Assembly (NCBI GenBank): GCA_005885035.1
Contig: VAXZ01000111.1
Span: forward strand, 1,603-65,602
Length of the DNA: 64,000 nucleotides
Direction of reading: 5' to 3'
Source: Actinomycetota bacterium
GTDB lineage: Bacteria; Actinomycetota; UBA4738; HRBIN12
Shown here: one piece after another, positions 61,505-64,000 of the stretch
How the letters are laid out: each line of letters opens with the position of its first letter
How positions within the stretch are numbered: the stretch's first letter is position 1
Position numbers and translations under genes: made by a program
Notes under the pieces: model-generated
Databases searched by the model: none
The model's input: only the letters and a program-made list of their open reading frames with translations
What the model was told of the DNA's origin: nothing

Positions 61505-63541
61505 TCATCCGGCCGGAGCGGGCGCGATCGTGAGCGCCCAACTCGACTCGTAGCTCCGGCCATCCCGAGCGGTTGCCACGATGTCCACGACGTAGGCGCC
61601 GGGATCGAGCGTGGCGTTCGCGGCCACGTGCCCTGCGGAGAAGCGCTGGATCTGCGGACGCAGCGGTTCACCGCCTTCGGGTGTGACGACGATGACGACC
61701 CCGCTGAGGGGGAGCTCCGCGCCGTCCGGCGCGAACGCGGTCGCGTGGATGGGGTTGGGGCCTGCCGTGGCCTGATCGACGAAGGACTGCAACGAGACCC
61801 CGTCCGGGAACGAGGTGGTCGCGGTCACCGGTGCGTCCGGGAACGCGACGGTCGAGGTCGATCCCTCGGAGTTCGTGACCAAGTTCATCGGCACCTCCAC
61901 GGTGCTCGCTCCGGATCGGATGAGCGCCGTGACCCTCCAGGTCCCCATCACCGAGACGGCGGTTCCCTGCCCGACCCAGGCGCCCTTCATCCCCTCGGCG
62001 CCCGGGGCCTGGGAGCCCATGTCCTGGTGGTCCATCGGTTGGGTCAGCCGGATCTGCGAGACGGGAAGATCCGGGCGCGTCACCGACCGGAACCGCAGGG
62101 TCACGGCGTCGGCGCTCACGGGCGAGCCGGTGTCGTAGCTGGTCACCTCGGCGCGGAACGCGTTCGGCCCCGCGAAGCCGGGCGTCATGGAGAGCGAGAC
62201 CCGCGTGGTGGTGGCGAAGTCGGCGCCGGTCGCCGAACCGGCGACCGGCGCCGGCCCGGTCGCCGCGGCGGCTGCCGCGGCGACCGGGGGGTTCAGTCCG
62301 CTGAGCACACCCGTGAGGACCAACACGCCGAGCGCGAGGGTGGTCTCGGCTCCGATGAAGCGCCGCAGGGGTCCTTCGTCGTGAGCCAGGATCGCCACGT
62401 TCCGGAGCCGGTTCGTGGCGCCGAGTCCGATCAGCACCAGACCTGCCGCGGCCTTCGCGATCAAGATCAGCCCGTAGCTAGCTCGCAGACCGTCGAGGAG
62501 GTTGGACATCCCGCCGAGCTCGCTGATGGCGCGCAGGAGGCCGGTGACGGCCACGACGCCTACCGACCAGACGGCCAGGTCGGAGAACCGCCGAGCCTCC
62601 TGCAGCGGAGGTCGACCGGTGCCGAGCCGCTCCCGCAGCAGCACCAGCAGCAGTACGAGCCCGCCGATCCACAGACCGGCCGCCACGAGATGGAGCCACT
62701 GATACGCCTGCTGCAGGAGCGGGTCGGGCGCGGCGGCCGCGTGCCCGCTGGAGACCCGGATCGCCATCGCGACGACGGCCGCCGCGCCCGACCCCCACAG
62801 GGCGGCGCGCCACCGCTCGCGGGCGGCGGCGAGCACGGCGCAGACCGCGGCGGCGAGCGTGGCGACGATCAGCCAGAGGTAGGGCCGCCCGGTCGCGGTC
62901 TGCACGAGATCGTTGAGCGCAACGCCAACCGTCTGCTGCTCCGCGACGAGCAGGCCGACTGCGCCCGCGAACGCGACGAGGGCGGCCGCCAGGCCGACGA
63001 TCCGGAGCGAGCGAGGCGCACCGCCGAAGAGGCCGAGCCCGACCACCGCGGCTCCGAGGAGCAGCATCGACCCGGCATACAGGGCGGTCTTCGCCGAAAC
63101 GGCGAGGGGCGTCGGACCGGAGGTGCTGGCGGCCGGCGCGGCCCCCGGTGAGATGGCGCCCTGCACCGGCCCAACGCCGAAAGCGAACACCCCGGCCGTC
63201 TCGTGACCGTCCTGCCTGGACACCACCTGCCAGCTCACGGTGTACACGCCGTCGGGCATGCGGGCGGGCAGCGACACCATCAAGGTGCGCGGCGGCTGGA
63301 GGGTCGGAGGACCGACCGAGAGCTTCGTGCCCCCGGAGCCGAGGAGGAGGATCGTCGACAACGCGGGATCCGGCGACTCGGTGAAGGTGAGGCGGATCTC
63401 GCTCGGCGCCTTCGGGAGCGACGCGCCGCTCGCGGGGTCCGACGATGCCAGGTTCGCGTGTGCCGAGGCACGGCTCCCGGCGGTCGCGAGAACGATCATC
63501 GCCAGCAGACCGATGACGATGACGTTCGCGAGCCGCCTCAC
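61505..63541 (-). CDS. CopC-CopD fusion copper-resistance protein (YcnJ-like) with a large C-terminal extracellular extension
   Basis: N-terminal CopC domain HANLASSDPASGASLPKAPSEIRLTFTE, then 8 TM helices of CopD, then ~250 aa of extracytoplasmic beta-rich sequence. Confidence 0.85.
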   Translation of the reverse strand: MRRLANVIVIGLLAMIVLATAGSRASAHANLASSDPASGASLPKAPSEIRLTFTESPDPALSTILLLGSGGTKLSVGPPTLQPPRTLMVSLPARMPDGVYTVSWQVVSRQDGHETAGVFAFGVGPVQGAISPGAAPAASTSGPTPLAVSAKTALYAGSMLLLGAAVVGLGLFGGAPRSLRIVGLAAALVAFAGAVGLLVAEQQTVGVALNDLVQTATGRPYLWLIVATLAAAVCAVLAAARERWRAALWGSGAAAVVAMAIRVSSGHAAAAPDPLLQQAYQWLHLVAAGLWIGGLVLLLVLLRERLGTGRPPLQEARRFSDLAVWSVGVVAVTGLLRAISELGGMSNLLDGLRASYGLILIAKAAAGLVLIGLGATNRLRNVAILAHDEGPLRRFIGAETTLALGVLVLTGVLSGLNPPVAAAAAAATGPAPVAGSATGADFATTTRVSLSMTPGFAGPNAFRAEVTSYDTGSPVSADAVTLRFRSVTRPDLPVSQIRLTQPMDHQDMGSQAPGAEGMKGAWVGQGTAVSVMGTWRVTALIRSGASTVEVPMNLVTNSEGSTSTVAFPDAPVTATTSFPDGVSLQSFVDQATAGPNPIHATAFAPDGAELPLSGVVIVVTPEGGEPLRPQIQRFSAGHVAANATLDPGAYVVDIVATARDGRSYESSWALTIAPAPAG

Positions 63542-63978
63542 GGGGCGGCCCCCTTGACGAAGTCGACGGATGCCGTGACGGGCGGCGCGAACGGGAGATG
63601 ATCGGCCGCGACGAACTCGGCCGTCAGGACGTGCGGACCCGCGGGCACATCGCTCAGATCGATCACCTGTTCCGTCCCGTAGGTCATCGACACCAGTGCG
63701 CCGTCCAGAAGGAGGTGCACGTGGCCGGTATCAGGGGCGATCGAGGTCGTCGTCGCCTGGACGATCGTTCCCCCCGTGAGGTTGAGCACCACGTTCATCT
63801 CCGAACCGCTCACTCGCTCGTGTTCGTGCGGTTGCAGGAACGCGATCGTCGCGGTCGCGGCGGGCCGGATCGCGGTCGCAGACGTCTTCGGTCCGAGCAG
63901 CGCTCGGGGGACGAACGCCGACGTGATGACGAGCACTCCGGCGATCACGAGCAGCCCATACGCAGCCGCGAGCGGCAC
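63538..63978 (-). CDS. Secreted copper-associated protein (DUF4399/YcnI-like), upstream partner of copCD
   Basis: Signal/TM MPLAAAYGLLVIAGVLVITSA; HxH..DG motif (HVHLLLDG). 4-nt overlap with copCD. Confidence 0.4.
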   Translation of the reverse strand: MPLAAAYGLLVIAGVLVITSAFVPRALLGPKTSATAIRPAATATIAFLQPHEHERVSGSEMNVVLNLTGGTIVQATTTSIAPDTGHVHLLLDGALVSMTYGTEQVIDLSDVPAGPHVLTAEFVAADHLPFAPPVTASVDFVKGAAP

Positions 63979-64000
63979 ACGAGGGAACCCGTTGCCATGC

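Overview
This 64-kb window is very high in GC (about 70%) and looks like an actinobacterial chromosome segment. The lineage call rests on a GuaB3-type IMPDH paralogue, a class E sortase, an F420 reductase and a RipA-like M23 hydrolase. Coding density is high, with many 4-nt ATGA/GTGA start-stop overlaps.

The first ~14.5 kb is an accessory-looking glycan locus. A six-gene plus-strand operon (GT4, Wzy/WaaL-like ligase, sulfotransferase, GT4, sulfotransferase, Sulfotransfer_2-like sulfotransferase) converges on a minus-strand operon (P-loop protein, GT4, tandem double-P-loop protein). A WbaP-like priming phosphoglycosyl transferase, a NodB polysaccharide deacetylase and a secreted metallophosphoesterase follow. 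Three sulfotransferases from two families interleaved with glycosyltransferases make this the best candidate in the window for a novel system, namely a sulfated cell-surface glycan pathway. An APS kinase (cysC) coupled to an AlkP-family phosphodiesterase about 8 kb downstream could supply PAPS.

The rest is core metabolism and envelope functions:
- groES-groEL preceded by a perfect CIRCE element.
- Leucine dehydrogenase and an ABC-2 exporter.
- guaB3-guaA, then purN-purH-folD-metF.
- Sortase E, pcrA and an S9 peptidase.
- A large TCA-cycle cluster: sucCD, citrate synthase, two IDH-like paralogues flanking mdh, and sdhCDAB.
- A split methylmalonyl-CoA mutase, accA-birA, an M23 peptidase, CopCD and several hydrolases.

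At least six genes are interrupted by frameshifts or internal deletions (the deacetylase, the phosphoesterase, guaB3, guaA, the BNR protein and a SnoaL-like gene). That points either to assembly or indel errors or to real gene decay, and it needs read-level checking.

I found no rRNA, convincing tRNA, CRISPR array or mobile element by eye.
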